A DNA stretch of 63,836 nt, filler included, from Sphacelaria rigidula (taxonomy: Eukaryota), in assembly GCA_964200075.2 (NCBI GenBank). It is 5 parts of 5 records of this genome, joined end to end, with 100 filler letters (N's around TTAATTAATTAA, not from the genome) between each part and the next. Parts side by side here need not be neighbours in the genome. Positions count along the whole stretch, not along the records: positions 1 to 12,690 come from CAXNAA020003498.1; positions 12,791 to 25,480 come from CAXNAA020003499.1; 3 more parts are not named here. One strand, given 5' to 3'. A program made the translations under genes and the position numbers. This document shows, piece after piece, positions 1 through 12,990 of the stretch (its first letter is position 1; each line of letters begins with the position of its first letter). A model generated the notes under the pieces. The model did no database searches, was not told the origin of the DNA, and saw only the letters and a list, made by a program, of their open reading frames with translations.

Positions 1-76
1 AAACGATTCATTCACTGATTGACCGCTCTTCACTCTCAATCATATCATCTACTCTCAATCTCACGAAAACACTGTT
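1..76. mobile_element. MITE family A end, truncated by the window edge
   Basis: Reverse-complement match to 40704-40779, ending tctactctcaatctcacgaaaacactgtt. Confidence 0.8.
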
Positions 77-880
77 TATCGTTACTGAAACACCATTTGA
101 TTACACTCATGCACGTGCACAAGCGTCTTTGCGTAAAAATTACCCGCCACGGGTGCGGCACGTGCAGGAGGAAAGCATCCTCTCTAAACCATGTTTCAAG
201 TCCCATGTACGTGGAACGACTCAACCTTGCGCGCAGGGTCCCCAAAAAGGCGAGAGTGAATTGTACCACAAACTATTCGAAATATGATGAAGAGTTGGGC
301 GCTTGGGGGAATGTTCTCTCCAGTTCTACGACCGGACCAATATGCTTTAATATTAATAGTTCAGATCTCCATAGAAAATCCTTTCAATTCATCCCCCAGG
401 AACAACTGAATCGTAACATACCTGGTAGAATATTTGTAATCGGAATCCTCGCCCTAAATTGAACCCACTCTCGGACATTTTGGGTCAAGGGTTGATTATT
501 CTTACATGGCCAACCTTGGAACTACTGCTTGAACCCATAACGCATAACAGCGGATCCTGAAAAATGAGGTTCATCTAAAAAATGAGGTTCAAGTGGCATA
601 TATTTTTTGCAGGGACGACGCGAAACAAAAACACAGAGCGAAACTATATTATTTCCCCCCCAAACTCCGCAACTGTGAATAATCAGTTGTGGCTAGGTGC
701 ACCGAACGACTGCGGTGTACACGCGTGTCGATGACGATATCACCAGAGAGAGAAGCAACGACAGAGAGGAAGCTCCTCCCCCGTGTCCTTTGTGTGTCCT
801 CGCTGGGCGATTACCAATCGCTCGAGAGACTGGGATCATGCATGTTACCAGCACGTGCCGAATTTCTCGTGTGCCTGTAG

Positions 881-2397
881 GTATCCCCAGAGAACATCGA
901 GCTGCGGAGAGATTTCGTCTCTTTGTCTCTGGAGGTCACCAATGCGAAGATCAAATTCTCTCTGCCGGTTTTTTCGGACAGGACGCGCTTCTGTGCGCTG
1001 AAAAACTGGGCAATGTCTCCGTCACTGCTACTACTGTTGTTCTCTGTCACACACATGCCAGCAAGGACGGTGCGCTGCGGCAAAAATAGTAGATGATTCA
1101 ATTTGAACTTGGGGGTGTTATTAATCGTTGATTTTACCCAACATGACGTATCTGACCATCATGGTGCCCGAGCACAAGAGCCTGCCACTAGTTGCGGTGT
1201 GTGAGAGAGAGAGATCAAAAACTTGTGGAGACCTTCTTGACATGTGGAGTGAAGAAAGATACCTATGGTGGTGACCTAACTGTTGCTAGCGTGGTGCAGA
1301 GGGGTGCATCAGCTGCAATCTGGAGCTTTCCTTGCTCTACTCTACTGGCTTCCGTCTGCACAGCGTATGCCGAGAGGTCACACACGGTAACAACATGTCA
1401 TGATGTACCAAAATTCGGAACAGCTACTGTATGAAAACGAAACAGATCGTTTTTCAAAACTACGTTCAGATCATTGGAATGGCTTCCCTGTCCCCCCACC
1501 AGGTAATAATGGACGACGATAAAGCTATCCTTGTACATGGGCACCAAGTCGTTGGGGTTTTATAATGGAAAAATGTAGCAAATGAGTCGAGATAGTGTCG
1601 TGTCATGCTGCTTGACGGGCTGTGACTCTAGCTCACTGTACTGCCTGTATGTTGAATAGAACTAAACAATTACAGCTTCACGTAGACTTCCTTTTGAACT
1701 GCCCTACGGATATTCTTTTTGGCCACTCCACGCCCACAATATTTCCCTTTGCAACGTCTCCCTGTGTTGTGTCGCAGTTCAGGATGATGGCGACATGTAG
1801 ATATGCGCGCGGCCGATTACTGCCGTTGTAGACATCGGCAGCTGGAACTCGCTCTGACATCCTTGTACATGGGCACCAAGCGCTGAGCGTTCTCACTCAA
1901 GACTTCGATTTGGGGGATGATACGAGGTAGGCAGCAGCAACTGCTGTGTATCCAGGTGCTCCTTGGAGCAAGATGCGTTTGGTTCCTGTTCCATAAAGTT
2001 TTCCCGAAAAACCGAAATCAATAGGGGTTTTGGAGTGGGGAAATGTAGCAAAAAAACAGTCGCAAAAACCGGTTAGTCGATTTTTTTACCCGAAGCAGAA
2101 ACCAAGTTCACGTCGTGAAATAGGCGTATCTTCCCCAGACATGACACCAATCATCCTTTCGCCAGTAGGCGGCCTAGACAGTACTCCACTGGGCGCTCAT
2201 GCCATCGGCGCGACCCTGGGGACCAGGGTCCCGGCATCCCCAAGTCCCGTCGCATCAAAAAAATACAAACATGCTCCCCAAAATACGCTCAGTATATTTC
2301 GATCAGTTCCAGCCCATCACGCCCTGGACAAGTTGCTTATGCTTCTGGTCACAGAAGAAAAAAATCAATGTCATCCGGTATATTCAAGTATCTCTGA
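881..2397 (+). CDS. Possible 3' exons of an unidentified plus-strand gene, convergent with the ELM2 gene
   Basis: Exon 1832-1926 (ttgtag|...AG|gtagg) joins in phase to exon 2139-2397, which is open for about 85 codons to TGA. A further exon-like segment starts at 881 (VSPENIELRRDFVSLSLEVTNAKIKF). No recognisable domain. Confidence 0.35.
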
Positions 2398-2577
2398 GTA
2401 GTCTTGGGCACCTCACTCATGGGGGCGGAGAAGTAAACATATGTCTAGAAACGAAGAGCCTACTGTAGGACCATCACGGAAGAAGAACTCGGGGATATGG
2501 CGTGGCGTCGCCATCGTTTTACGAAAGCAGGTTTGAGAGTACAGTGTTGACGAGAAAATGGTTCGCTGTTTTCGCGG

Positions 2578-5500
2578 CTAAGTGTCGGCACGTGGACTAC
2601 TGATGTGGGCTCTTTTCGGGTGTCGCTCATCCCCTTTATCGCCATCGATTCTCCTGCGTCGTGGGTTGCCCTCGACTGCAGGCATTCCTTCATCAGGATC
2701 TTTCGCCGGAGCGTCACCTTCATGGAACACGTTGTCCACTCCTGCCGGGGTGTTACGTGTTTGGGCATGAAGTGGCGATTCCGGTGAATCCTGCGCGCCG
2801 GTGATACCATGCGACCGCACGACTGACTTGGGAGCTTTACCTTTGACAGTTTTCGCTAGCCGAGCAGTCTTTGCAGTCGGGGCTCGCCGACGGTCGAGCC
2901 GACGCCGCAGACGATGGCGCATTGCCCGCCAGTTGTTGGTCAGCGCGCTCGGAGATCCAATCTCTGCTAGGTGGCTCAACGCCGCATTTCCCCCCTGAAT
3001 CAAGCGAAATAGTGTGTTTAGTTCGACCGTCATACGAGGATCGAGGTAATTTTGCTAACCGCGGGACTGGTGGACATAAATAATGGCTGTATCAACTGTA
3101 GGCAGTGAATAAATACATCATTGTTCCGCGGTCAACGCCTGGCGCTCCACGCTATTTCCAGCAATCGACCTGGTGAACACAACCCTTCTATCGGTCCAAG
3201 GCCCGCCTCACCTGTGTTTCCCAGCCCCCAACGCCGTGTTCCATAACTGCCTTCAGTAGGACAGCTCGCCACTTCTGCGCCTGAGCCCTATCCTTGGGTA
3301 TACCACTTCCTCCTGCGTCTTCACTGGCATAACGAACATCTTCTACCGCTTGCGCACGGACCGTCACGGCTGCCTCCGCCAACTTCGAAGACTTCCGCTC
3401 CCCCAAGTCAACGTTCTCTTTCAAACGAGACGAAGGTGGGACTGTGCTGGCAGTGGATTCGATCTACGATGTGAAACCATAGCATACGAGCAAACCAGCA
3501 GCTTGTTTGGACTGCACCCACTGTGGTGGGCTGAGCGAAACAGTTTTTCAACGATAAGGGCAGAACGACTGGGGTATTGAGTATTCGCTTCATTCCCATA
3601 TGCCACCGTTTCTGCTTAGTATCGTGATGCATGCTGCCAACCGCCAGATTCTATCACGCTTACTCTTACACCTATGGGCCGAGACAACATTATCTATCCC
3701 ATGCGTTCTCCGTATGAATGGAAGCTGAGCTAACACTACGTGAAGCGATAGCTCACGAACCAAGGATCACTAGTCAGGTTTTTGATTAAACCTCACCTTT
3801 GCCCGAGCTTTGAACCTTGCTCGTGCCTTTATACGACGAAGCTCCATCTCCTTTTGGTGGTGATACATGCGCTTCACGATCAGCGGACTGCGCATGTGAA
3901 ACAGACTCTTGTATACTTTGTGAGACATCATGGCTCGCCAGCCACATTCGCCGAACCTTGATGCAGCCAAAACAACAAACGATGCGAAACAGTCGAGTGA
4001 TTTCAAACAACCCAGGAACATCAGAATCAGTACAGGGATCAAATCTGGCAATCAAGACCAAATCGATGGATCGATCGGAACCGTACGCTGATGGGGCATC
4101 AAGGCCCAGAGCAAAATGGAAGCCACACTATTTGGCCTTCCTTAGTCTGGGTATGCGCATGAAGTGGACACTCACTGGCCAACGGCCTCGTGCAGCTCAG
4201 TCACTTCCCTCATGTTCCAGGGACGATTGCTCTGCCCTCGTTCCTCGTTTTGCGCTTCCTCCTCTGTAATCTTGGCACGATCGCGACTCAGACCGGGGGT
4301 GCTGGCTGCCGCTCCGCGTTTATTGCTGTGCCCGATGCCGGCGTTGGCCTGTCCGGAGTACCCATATATCGCCTGCTGTTCATGTCGTCGGTCCTCCTCT
4401 TTCGCCATGCTATTCGAGCGCACGGTCAGGGTCAGGAGAAGGCAAGCATGTAACCACCGGATAACGTCCATCCGAAGTCCGCAACTGCACAAGGTAAAGA
4501 CATTTCCTGAGAAACTTCTGCGTACCACCCCTCCCTCACCGCGGTGAAGGTACTGCATGCTGTGCCATGGGCGTCCCATCGTGAATTTTATACGCACAAC
4601 TAGGCACAAAAGCGTACGCTGCACCCACCGTCGTCTTTCTTCCTCGATCGATGACATCTTGTTCTTCACAAACAGCTTCGCCCTGGCCTGTGACAGCGAT
4701 ACATGCGTGTACAGCATGAACGGGTTGAAGAGATGCGCAAATATCACGTGCAAGTGCGACTCGTACCGTACAGACCAACCGGGCGTCTGCTTGGGGCCAG
4801 CCCACATCACGATACGGAGAAACAGGGCACCGTACGTTTCGTCTTCGAGTCAAAAGCACTTGAAGCTCATGCCCCATGAGTGACGGAGCTTTGGATATCG
4901 AAAAACAGGCAGGGGTTCCGTTGATCGAAAGACCGTCGCCTTTCACTGTCTCATGAGGGGCAGCAACAAATACGTACAGCAACCGTCGTCTCACCCTTGA
5001 CACCGGCGTGTTGTGCTTGAGAACACACTGGGGGCAGCTCCAGTCATTCTGCGGAAGGCGTCACGCACCAAAACAGCCAGTTAAACAGGGAGCATTGCAT
5101 AGATAGCGAGCGTTACTCCGAATGCACACCAACGAGAAGGCGTTCATCCACCAGTCATGGAACATCGTCCAATTCGGCCCCAGTGACATCACTATTTCAA
5201 CTTAACCTACGAATACACACAACTCAATAAGATCACTTGCTGATCGGCATGGCAGCATTTCTTAGGCAGACGCTCATCACAACGTCCATGCCATGTTGAA
5301 ACGCGCACCCTGTGAGCACTTGGGCTGCGGCGGCAACCCTGTGCGTTGTATGAAGACATACCTCCGGTGGCTCCTCGAGAGGAGGGTTCAAGCAGTAGAG
5401 ATGAAACGCCAAACTGCAAGTGTCGCACAAAAGGAGCTCTCCACCTTCCTCGCAAGCCTCACAAATCTCCTGGTGAAAGTCTGGGAATGTCTGAGCGATA

Positions 5501-8500
5501 AGCAGGAGCAGTTGGTAGAGTTGAGTCAACTCCGAGCTGCCTAGCGGAATTCGTGTCTGACCTGGCAAAGCCAGTTGCTATTCGAACGCATTAACCGAAC
5601 ACACCCCTCAACGCAGTTAGCCACAGCGATTCGTCCATCCAGACAGAACACCATCACGACAAAATGGTATAAAACGCAGAAAAGGTAGCAGACACAACTT
5701 TCCCCCGGAATAAATGAGTCATGTGCTATAGGGGTGACTGTTCCATGGTGCGCATTGTTTTTTCTTGGCAACATATATATATATATATATATATGTGTGT
5801 ACACATCTCGTTGTGCGGTTCGGGTCACGACGTTGCGCTCGCCGTGATCCCAGCGTCAAGTGGATCATGTGCCACGCTTTACCTTCCCCGGTGATACGAT
5901 AACCACTCTATACACTCCACGGAAATATATGAAGACTGTCGTGCTTGATGGAAACAATTTGCACATCAAAGGACACGTATTCGTTTACTGTAGATTCGAT
6001 GTGCACTTTGGCTCGCACAGACTGTCGTTTCCCCCCACGTCATGGGTCTCACCAGCATGATGTCTATCTGGCGCTTGGTGTGCTGCCACAAGGAGTAATC
6101 AGGTTCGTGGTTTTTCCAGTTGTAGTAGAACTCAATAATGTCTGCGTGGCTCTTTGTCGGGTACTCTTCCGCAACTTCATTCATGTCTTTGTGCTGTTTG
6201 CAAGAGGAGAGGGTCACGGGAAGCAAAGTGGGAGACAGGCGACGTGGTGGGTCATCGCCATTACATTGCTGCAGGGGGGTCAGAACGATCAGATACTTGG
6301 ATCACGAGAAAGATGGTATGCTTGCTCGTGTCCCGTCATCCTACCTTGTTCCCAAGATGCTTCAAAAATGCAGCACGGTCCGCATCACTCCAGTCCTCCC
6401 ATCGGTTACCCCTGTTCTCAACCACCGAACCGCCGGGAGTTCCGCTCTCATTGCTGATGTCTCTTTCTGGAAGCTTTCCAAATGGAGTCTCGATCTCACC
6501 TCCATCTTCGACGTCTGCCTTTCCCGGGTCATCTGAGAGACTTCTCGTGTACGCCGCGTTGTATTTTTCCTCTCTGTAACGTTTGAGTGCTGTCAGAGAG
6601 GCTTCTGCAGAGGCAGGATCGTACTTGCACTGGTGGAGAGCTCCCAACACGTCGGCATGTGTGAGTAGAGTGACTGGTACCTTGCTGTTTGCCTTCAAAA
6701 TTCCCACGCGTAGCCGCTGCGGTCAACAGCATGAACAGGTGAAACATGATTAATTAAAATAGCATAGTACAGAAAAATTCGAAGAGAAACGTAAAACTTT
6801 ACACTGCAGTAGGCCGTACGAGGACTCCTGACAGTACGTGGAAGCTGCTCATGTCAGCGTAGCTCCCGCGTCCCAGTGGTCAAACGGTAAAAGTGGCCCC
6901 ACTGGGTTGGAAACATGTGGGTTCGATTCTCACCATATGCAGTTAGTCTATTTTGTTCTGTCACGTGTCTGAATTCCATGGTTAAAACGTGAAGTCGACC
7001 CGGTGCAGGAGAGCTTCTCCAATCGTAATTGCCAAGATGTAAGACGTACCGGGGGAAAGATGGGTTGATCCCTTGAGACCACGGACTCGTCCCGGGAAAG
7101 GAGAGGGGTTCCAAGTATGAAGAAAAATAGAAGTGAAAAGCGGCGACACGACACCAACTTTTGACAGAGGACCTGCGCACAATGCTACACAATCGAAGGT
7201 ACATGACACGAAAGGGTATCATTTCGTGCAGCGTCGCAAACTACCTTGATATCATTACTGTGGTTTCCGTCTCCGCCACCTGGTACACTAAAGGTGCGCC
7301 AGGTCACAAGTGTGCCCAATACGTCAACAGCCGTCACAGATTGTGCTCTGAAAAGACAACATGACACATCATCGTTGCCCTAATTGCTACAAAGTACCAT
7401 GACCGTAATCCCAAGCTTTGCCATTATTTGTCGACGAACACACACCAACACTGTAGTTACCGTATCTGGGGATCGCTTAACGGCATGTGGGGTGTGGTGG
7501 GTGAGCCAATACTGGTGATAGTGACACGGCCGTTTTCCCATTTTTTCTCGGAAAATTGAAAACCTGATGGAAACTTCCTACATCAAACCCAAAACGCATG
7601 ATAGCACGGCTCTTCGCCAAGCCCACGAAGAAGTCATATCGTCAATGATTCATCGAAAAAGTGCGACATTAAGGCATCACTCGGCGCCAACAAGGGGCAT
7701 GGAATATCGTATGAAAATGAGGCAACACATTCAATCTCCGATAATCAACAGCGCACCATGGTATGACAAAACTTTTAAGGGTCGTCAGCGACGGGATAGC
7801 TTGTGCCGCAAAACCTTACCCGGAGAATTTGCTTCATTCGCTCTTGACTGGGTGCACGAGACGAATCCCACGACAACATGTCCTGCTTTCAGACATAAAA
7901 CATCAACGTACCAAGGTACAAGGAGGTAAAGGGTGTAATGAGACGATCGGTAAGGCACTTGCATTTTACGAGAAGGCTACTAATGTATGAATGTTTGACA
8001 TGAGCGCTTGTGAAACTGACACCGCAAGTTTTGACCTGCTTCCGCGCGATCCTCATATCTTCCTCCATCGCCTCCGCGGTCCGAGCTCGCAATGGGGGAA
8101 TGATGGTTGCCTGCAAACATTCATACCGACAGCCATCAGACGTGAGCTAGGCACAAAAGAAGATCATACCACAACATGCAGATCGGGGGACGGTGAACAG
8201 TGATGATTGTCTAGCTGCCACAGTCAAGCCTCTTGAAACCCAAATGCAAATACTTTCTGATTTCAGTACGGTGCTGCAATATAATCACGAGTCGATCATA
8301 TGATAAGAGGGTGCTACAACATCATATAATAAGGGGGTGCTGCAAACGTAAGTGGTTGGTACGTGCAAGAATTGTTGACCGCATCTTGGCGACTGCTGAT
8401 GTTGGCCCGGACTTTCACGATTCCACCCTGCTGCTACCACAATCATCACTCGAATCGGACAGACTCGGCGTCGTCATTGGCCCTTGCGTTCGCAGAACCA

Positions 8501-9130
8501 TCAGCATCAAATGCAACACAACACTTCCATCACGGCCTGGTAGTCCCTCGTCAAGTGATATATATATATACAATACCTGGAAGCCTTCACCGATACGTGT
8601 TTTCTCGTGCAACTTCACCGCAATGGTCGTTCCGTCTCCCTGGATAAGGAACAAACATCAGTATCATATTTTCGCATCAGTATACTAATCGTCAGCGTAA
8701 ATCACGGGAACAAACAGTTCAACAACAGAAGGGAAAGCAGCAGGTAGCCCTTGCTTCAAGCAGGCGTGTCGATGTAAGCACCAACGCGGTCACTGGTAGG
8801 TTTCGGGTGCAGTGCAACGCGAAAGAATATGGCAGTCGACAGCACGGCATACGACTTCAGTTTCGTTTGAACAGGGTTAACACACACACACACGCGCGCG
8901 CGCACACACACATGTACAGGGGCACACGGCAGCTGTATAACTGCGCCCATTGCTTACCGGTGCGTCCAGAGTGGAACGAACATTCAACACACTACTGGGG
9001 ATGCTCCTGAAGACAGCATTGGCTACTCTACAGAAAAAAAAACTAATACGCAACACCGTCTATATTTTGTCTCGTCTCACCTGACCCTCGGCGTAACTGA
9101 TGCTGCGCTTTCGCCTCAATAGTCTATCTG
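2578..9130 (-). CDS. Multi-exon ELM2-SANT + PHD finger + two Myb/SANT-like domain protein (MIER/MTA/CoREST-like chromatin co-regulator); 5' end uncertain
   Basis: Phase-consistent GT-AG exons, 5'->3': 9130-9081, 8639-8577, 8110-8021 (or 8036), 7882-7820, 6716-6345, 6193-6053, 5490-5362, 5048-4995, 4687-4629, 4409-4176, 3956-3797, 3463-3212, 2994-2578 (TAG). The spliced protein gives ELM2 ([13 protein letters not shown]...LSWDS...[15 protein letters not shown]), SANT ([43 protein letters not shown]), PHD C4HC3 ([42 protein letters not shown]) and two Myb-like repeats ([43 protein letters not shown]...LTNNWRAM). Confidence 0.88.
4995..5490 (-). CDS. Exons 5490-5362 and 5048-4995: PHD finger
   Basis: ctcag|ACA...GAG|gtatgt and ccgcag|AAT GAC TGG AGC TGC CCC CAG TGT...AGG|gtgag; all eight zinc ligands present across the junction. 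Confidence 0.92.
6053..6716 (-). CDS. Exons 6716-6345 and 6193-6053: ELM2 C-terminal helices and SANT domain
   Basis: ccgcag|CGG...AAG|gtag and aaacag|CAC...CTG|gtgag, both phase 0; SANT signature W-S...F...KD...V....[12 protein letters not shown]. Confidence 0.9.
6868..7113 (+). mobile_element. tRNA-derived SINE, intronic copy
   Basis: Box A-like TGGTCAAACGG, box B GGTTCGATTC; body homologous to 35684-35957 (agatgggttgatcccttgagaccacggac). Confidence 0.7.
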
Positions 9131-10917
9131 CTGTGAGTTGCGTAGGAAGTTGAGACGGATCAAGGTCACGGTTCAGCAGTTGTGGTTCTCGGTCAATCGC
9201 GAGACGAAAAATCGTTGAGTCACGTTTAGACGCCAAATATGTGCGGTGTGCTACTTGCGGTTCGGAGCCCCTTCCCTTCTACTACAACCCCATAGTCAAA
9301 GTAGCACCAATCAAGCTATGGCACGCTCGGTAATGATTCGACACGTGGGGCTTCGCTACCCGGTGGACATGTAGGACGTGCTTGGCATGCGGTCCTCTAG
9401 AGGCTGGTCTCAGCCAGAGGGACCACGCCGGGGATTCATCACTCGTGATTTGAGAGTTGCGACCGAACATTTTGAGAAGGGTAGTGCATCGACAACTCGA
9501 AGACTCCATTGACGTACTCATTTTCGTTTCATTCTGTTTTTCCTTCGACAGTTGGATCCATTCGGCTGAATTTCAGTAATGAATACTTTCATTGATCACA
9601 CAAAAAATTGAGTAAAAAATTAACTAGGGCGCAAAAAAAAAGTATCACAACACACCAATCGATAGCAGTATACTGCAAAGAGTTGGTATCTCGTAATGAA
9701 GGCCTTGGAACAATCAATGTCATTCCTGCCCTTACAACTCAGATCCTTATCCTCGAATCTTGAAGGGCACCTTCAAAACGCAGTCGCCGGCCTCTTATAG
9801 GGTCGGCACGCGCCAACAAAGTTAGTCAGTCTTGTTGGAGCGACTGGCCTAATAAAGCGGTTTGAGTCCACGGCAACGTCGCTTCGACCCGAGAACCTCA
9901 AAATGCCCACCAACAAGGCCGGTTCGGCCTCCAAGAACGCCAGTCAGTTTACACGACATGCTGAGATCAGTACATGTCAGCAGTGGTGATGGGGTGTACC
10001 GTCGCTGGATCGGTACCCGAACGACGGACGCCAGAGAGATTATTACGCACTCACTGCTATTCCATGACATGCATGTGATCCTTAGTATTGTATTAGCTAC
10101 ACTCCGACGATGTGATGTACGGCGTCATGATGCATTTGGAATAAGAACCTTCAAGAACAAATGGCTAAGAAACGCGACAAGAGCAGTCAAACGCTGCCCA
10201 TCACCGCACATCCCACATGAAAAACGCTTGCAGCTCACTCCCATTTCAAATATCCATTTTTCCTTTTCAGAAAGAAGACCTTTCATAGCAGCTGCAGCGC
10301 ACACGCGAAAGCACATAAACATGGAACGAATCACTCATGCAGCCTTCCATCACTTGTGAAGCTCAGTCCGAAAAGGAGCCATCGATCACATGTACATCTG
10401 CAAGAATTTGGGAATCCCAAATGGTCATTTCAACACAGTACAGGCTTACGCCAGTATTTTGCTCTGGGTATGAGTTTCGGAAAGTGACGAGTTGCAGGTC
10501 GAAATAGGTATGTATCATTGAGATCGCCTTGGCGATAGCAACGCGCATATCAAGTTATGACAACGGAGCAAGAACTCACTTGTCTTGAATTTTACACCAA
10601 ACCGTACCATAACAGCCGCCAGATGACTGTTTTTGGTGCGCTCGCATGGTGAAAAAATATGGAAGCGTTCAATGGTCGGTCAGAGCGCGCGGTGCATTCT
10701 AGGGTGGTTATGCGGTTGCCAATAACCCACATGTCTTGCGTTATATCTTGCTGCTGTTCGTGCTGTTTGCCCCCAAGACACGTTATCGTCTCGCGGGACC
10801 GTCAGCCTGTGAAAAGGATGCATGGGCCAAATGTCCGAGTCCATGGACGTTGGGGAGCTCGTAGTGCTGCCTTACTCAGGCAGCAGCGTGGCTGGTTAGA
10901 TACAGCGATTAACACAC

Positions 10918-11349
10918 GTAATGGAAAGCTTTCGTTGCAACTGCCTCACCTCCCGCCTCCGGACGCGCCACTTCGTTGTCAGTGTCGCTGTCACTACTGT
11001 CTGCATGCCCATTGCGTGATCCTCCAAAACTTTCCTCTGCCTCCAAAGGGAAACAAGATAGTACATCCTGTGATCCGACAACCTCAGTTTCCTGCTGCTG
11101 GAGATCGGCAGGACTAGTCTGCCTATCCGAATCCGACCCGCGTGTTGCTGTTGCTTGGGACATAATGTTGTCGTCAGTTTGGCCCGTTATCACGGGAGGG
11201 GCGGACGATTTAGCTTTGCCCTTCCCCTTTCCAGTGAACGTGGGAGGGGAGTCGATGCCATCGTCTTCAATATCGTAGTTGGTCGAAGTGCGTTCGTTCC
11301 CTGAGCTTTTAGCGGGTGCCGCAGACATCCGTGCCACTGACGAATCGGG
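10918..11349 (-). CDS. Probable N-terminal low-complexity (acidic/Ser-rich) exon of the ELM2-SANT-PHD gene
   Basis: 142-codon ORF with disordered-protein composition (YDIEDDGIDSPPTFTGKGKGKAKSS...DSSDSDTD), tacag acceptor just before 11349 or ATG at 11328, same strand and upstream of exon 9130. The linking exons between 9130 and 10918 could not be resolved. Confidence 0.55.
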
Positions 11350-12620
11350 CTGTACTGCACTGCCTAGAGCTGCGGATCATTGGGAGTAGCGAGGGTGCAC
11401 GCGAGTTTCACGAAGACGGCGGGGGAAAAGAAGATAGGGATGTCTACCAGAAATCAACTCATGTAGATATGTCGACATATTACGATAGCACACTCACAGC
11501 GAAAATGATGGCAGCCCATATATCGGTAATTTTTTTATATATCGGAAACATATAGATGGTTTATCTACCATGCCCGTATGATGTATCACGCGCTGTCAAG
11601 TCGTGTTCCACCGTCGAGTATCACACCTGTGGGTCACACCTGCTGCCCGCAATGTGTGAAGAACAGGGAGCATCGTGAAACCGAGTGGCGACTTCATACC
11701 ATACTAGAAAGAAGGAGTTTCAGACCATGTTGAATCACGTGGCTTCATCGATATAGTGAAGCAGAGTAGTTTAGGACTGCACTGAATACAAGTAGTTAGT
11801 CCACCACACGAAAATCAAGAAAAGTATTGATCACACCTGAAGCCCATAATTATTCACCACACTGAAGTCAACTATGGTATCACACCAAAACCAAGCACAT
11901 ACTATATTATGTTCAACACAAAAGTCAAATATTTATTCCCCACATATATCTTGAGTGGCAAGGCTGATTGATACAGTATATGTTCCGAGGATGACGCTTA
12001 CTGTGATGTTCTCCGTCTGTCGTTTTGGGTCCTCGAATTGCCACTATTCTTGTCGATAGCATTAGTGCGTAACCAAGAGGAGGAACTCAATGAATTATTT
12101 GTTTTCTTCAGGCAATCTCTCTCGGTGCAGACGTGCGGACGCGCCATCGGCAAATATGATGATGAATCTTGCCTTGTCCCCTGATATCAAAGCGGCCATA
12201 TCAAAGCAAATGCCGAAACGGCTTCACTTCTGGAAGCAACATCATAGGTCCGCAACGACCCGCGTCGGCGTGTTCTATATTCCATCCTTTCTGCGCCCGC
12301 CGCCAACTGGCAAATCTGACCAACCCGCTGATTACTGGTGGATGGCAATAGTGTTGACGTAGATGTCCGCTGGTTTACCGTCAGGGCGCTCACAGTTTAT
12401 TTTCAAGTTGTAGTTGTAATCAATAGGATTGCGACCCGACACGGTTGAGAGGGCAGGTTGGCCTTTTTGTAAACCGTGTGAATCAAAGGCTCAGCAGCAA
12501 ACAGCCGCTGATGGAAGCATGGATTTGCGTGAACGACAGGCTCACCGCTGCAATTCCATGCGTGTTGGTGTTGCTTGTGTATATCAACATGTGCTCGTCA
12601 TGCTCGATTGGCTGTTGGGG

Positions 12621-12678
12621 GGGGGTGTACTCATGATCATGCATGCCATAGTCATCAGACCATTGACCTCGCATCCCT
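12621..12678 (+). repeat. End of a young repeat running into a gap (copy 1)
   Basis: 55/58 identical to 38211-38268; both copies lie at the left edge of an N-gap. Confidence 0.85.
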
Positions 12679-12690
12679 ACAAAGCCGGGA

Positions 12691-12790
12691 NNNNNNNNNN
12701 NNNNNNNNNNNNNNNNNNNNNNNNNNNNNNNNNNTTAATTAATTAANNNNNNNNNNNNNNNNNNNNNNNNNNNNNNNNNNNNNNNNNNNN
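12691..12790. other. Assembly gap with artificial six-frame-stop linker (also 25481-25580, 38269-38368, 51054-51153)
   Basis: Identical N44-TTAATTAATTAA-N44 pattern in four places. Confidence 0.97.
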
Positions 12791-12990
12791 GTCTTCCGTG
12801 CAAGAGAGAAATGCCACTTCAGCCCCATATTTTGTATGAACCCCAAAATTTAAAATCGGCTGTTAATTATGACCGCATTTTTTCGTGCAACCAAATGACC
12901 CTCCCTATCGCAGGGTCAGACATACATGTCTCGAGGAAAAGAGCGGTCATGCGTCTTTTTGCGCGTCTTGGCAACTAAGTCAATGGCATT

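Noticed and set aside
7244..7279. Extra exon of the ELM2 gene
   Set aside because: It has AG/GT ends but would break phase; exons 7882-7820 and 6716-6345 join directly into a continuous ELM2 domain.
12735..12746. TTAATTAATTAA repeated four times as a possible regulatory or recombination site
   Set aside because: Always centred in N runs of identical length; it is an assembly linker.
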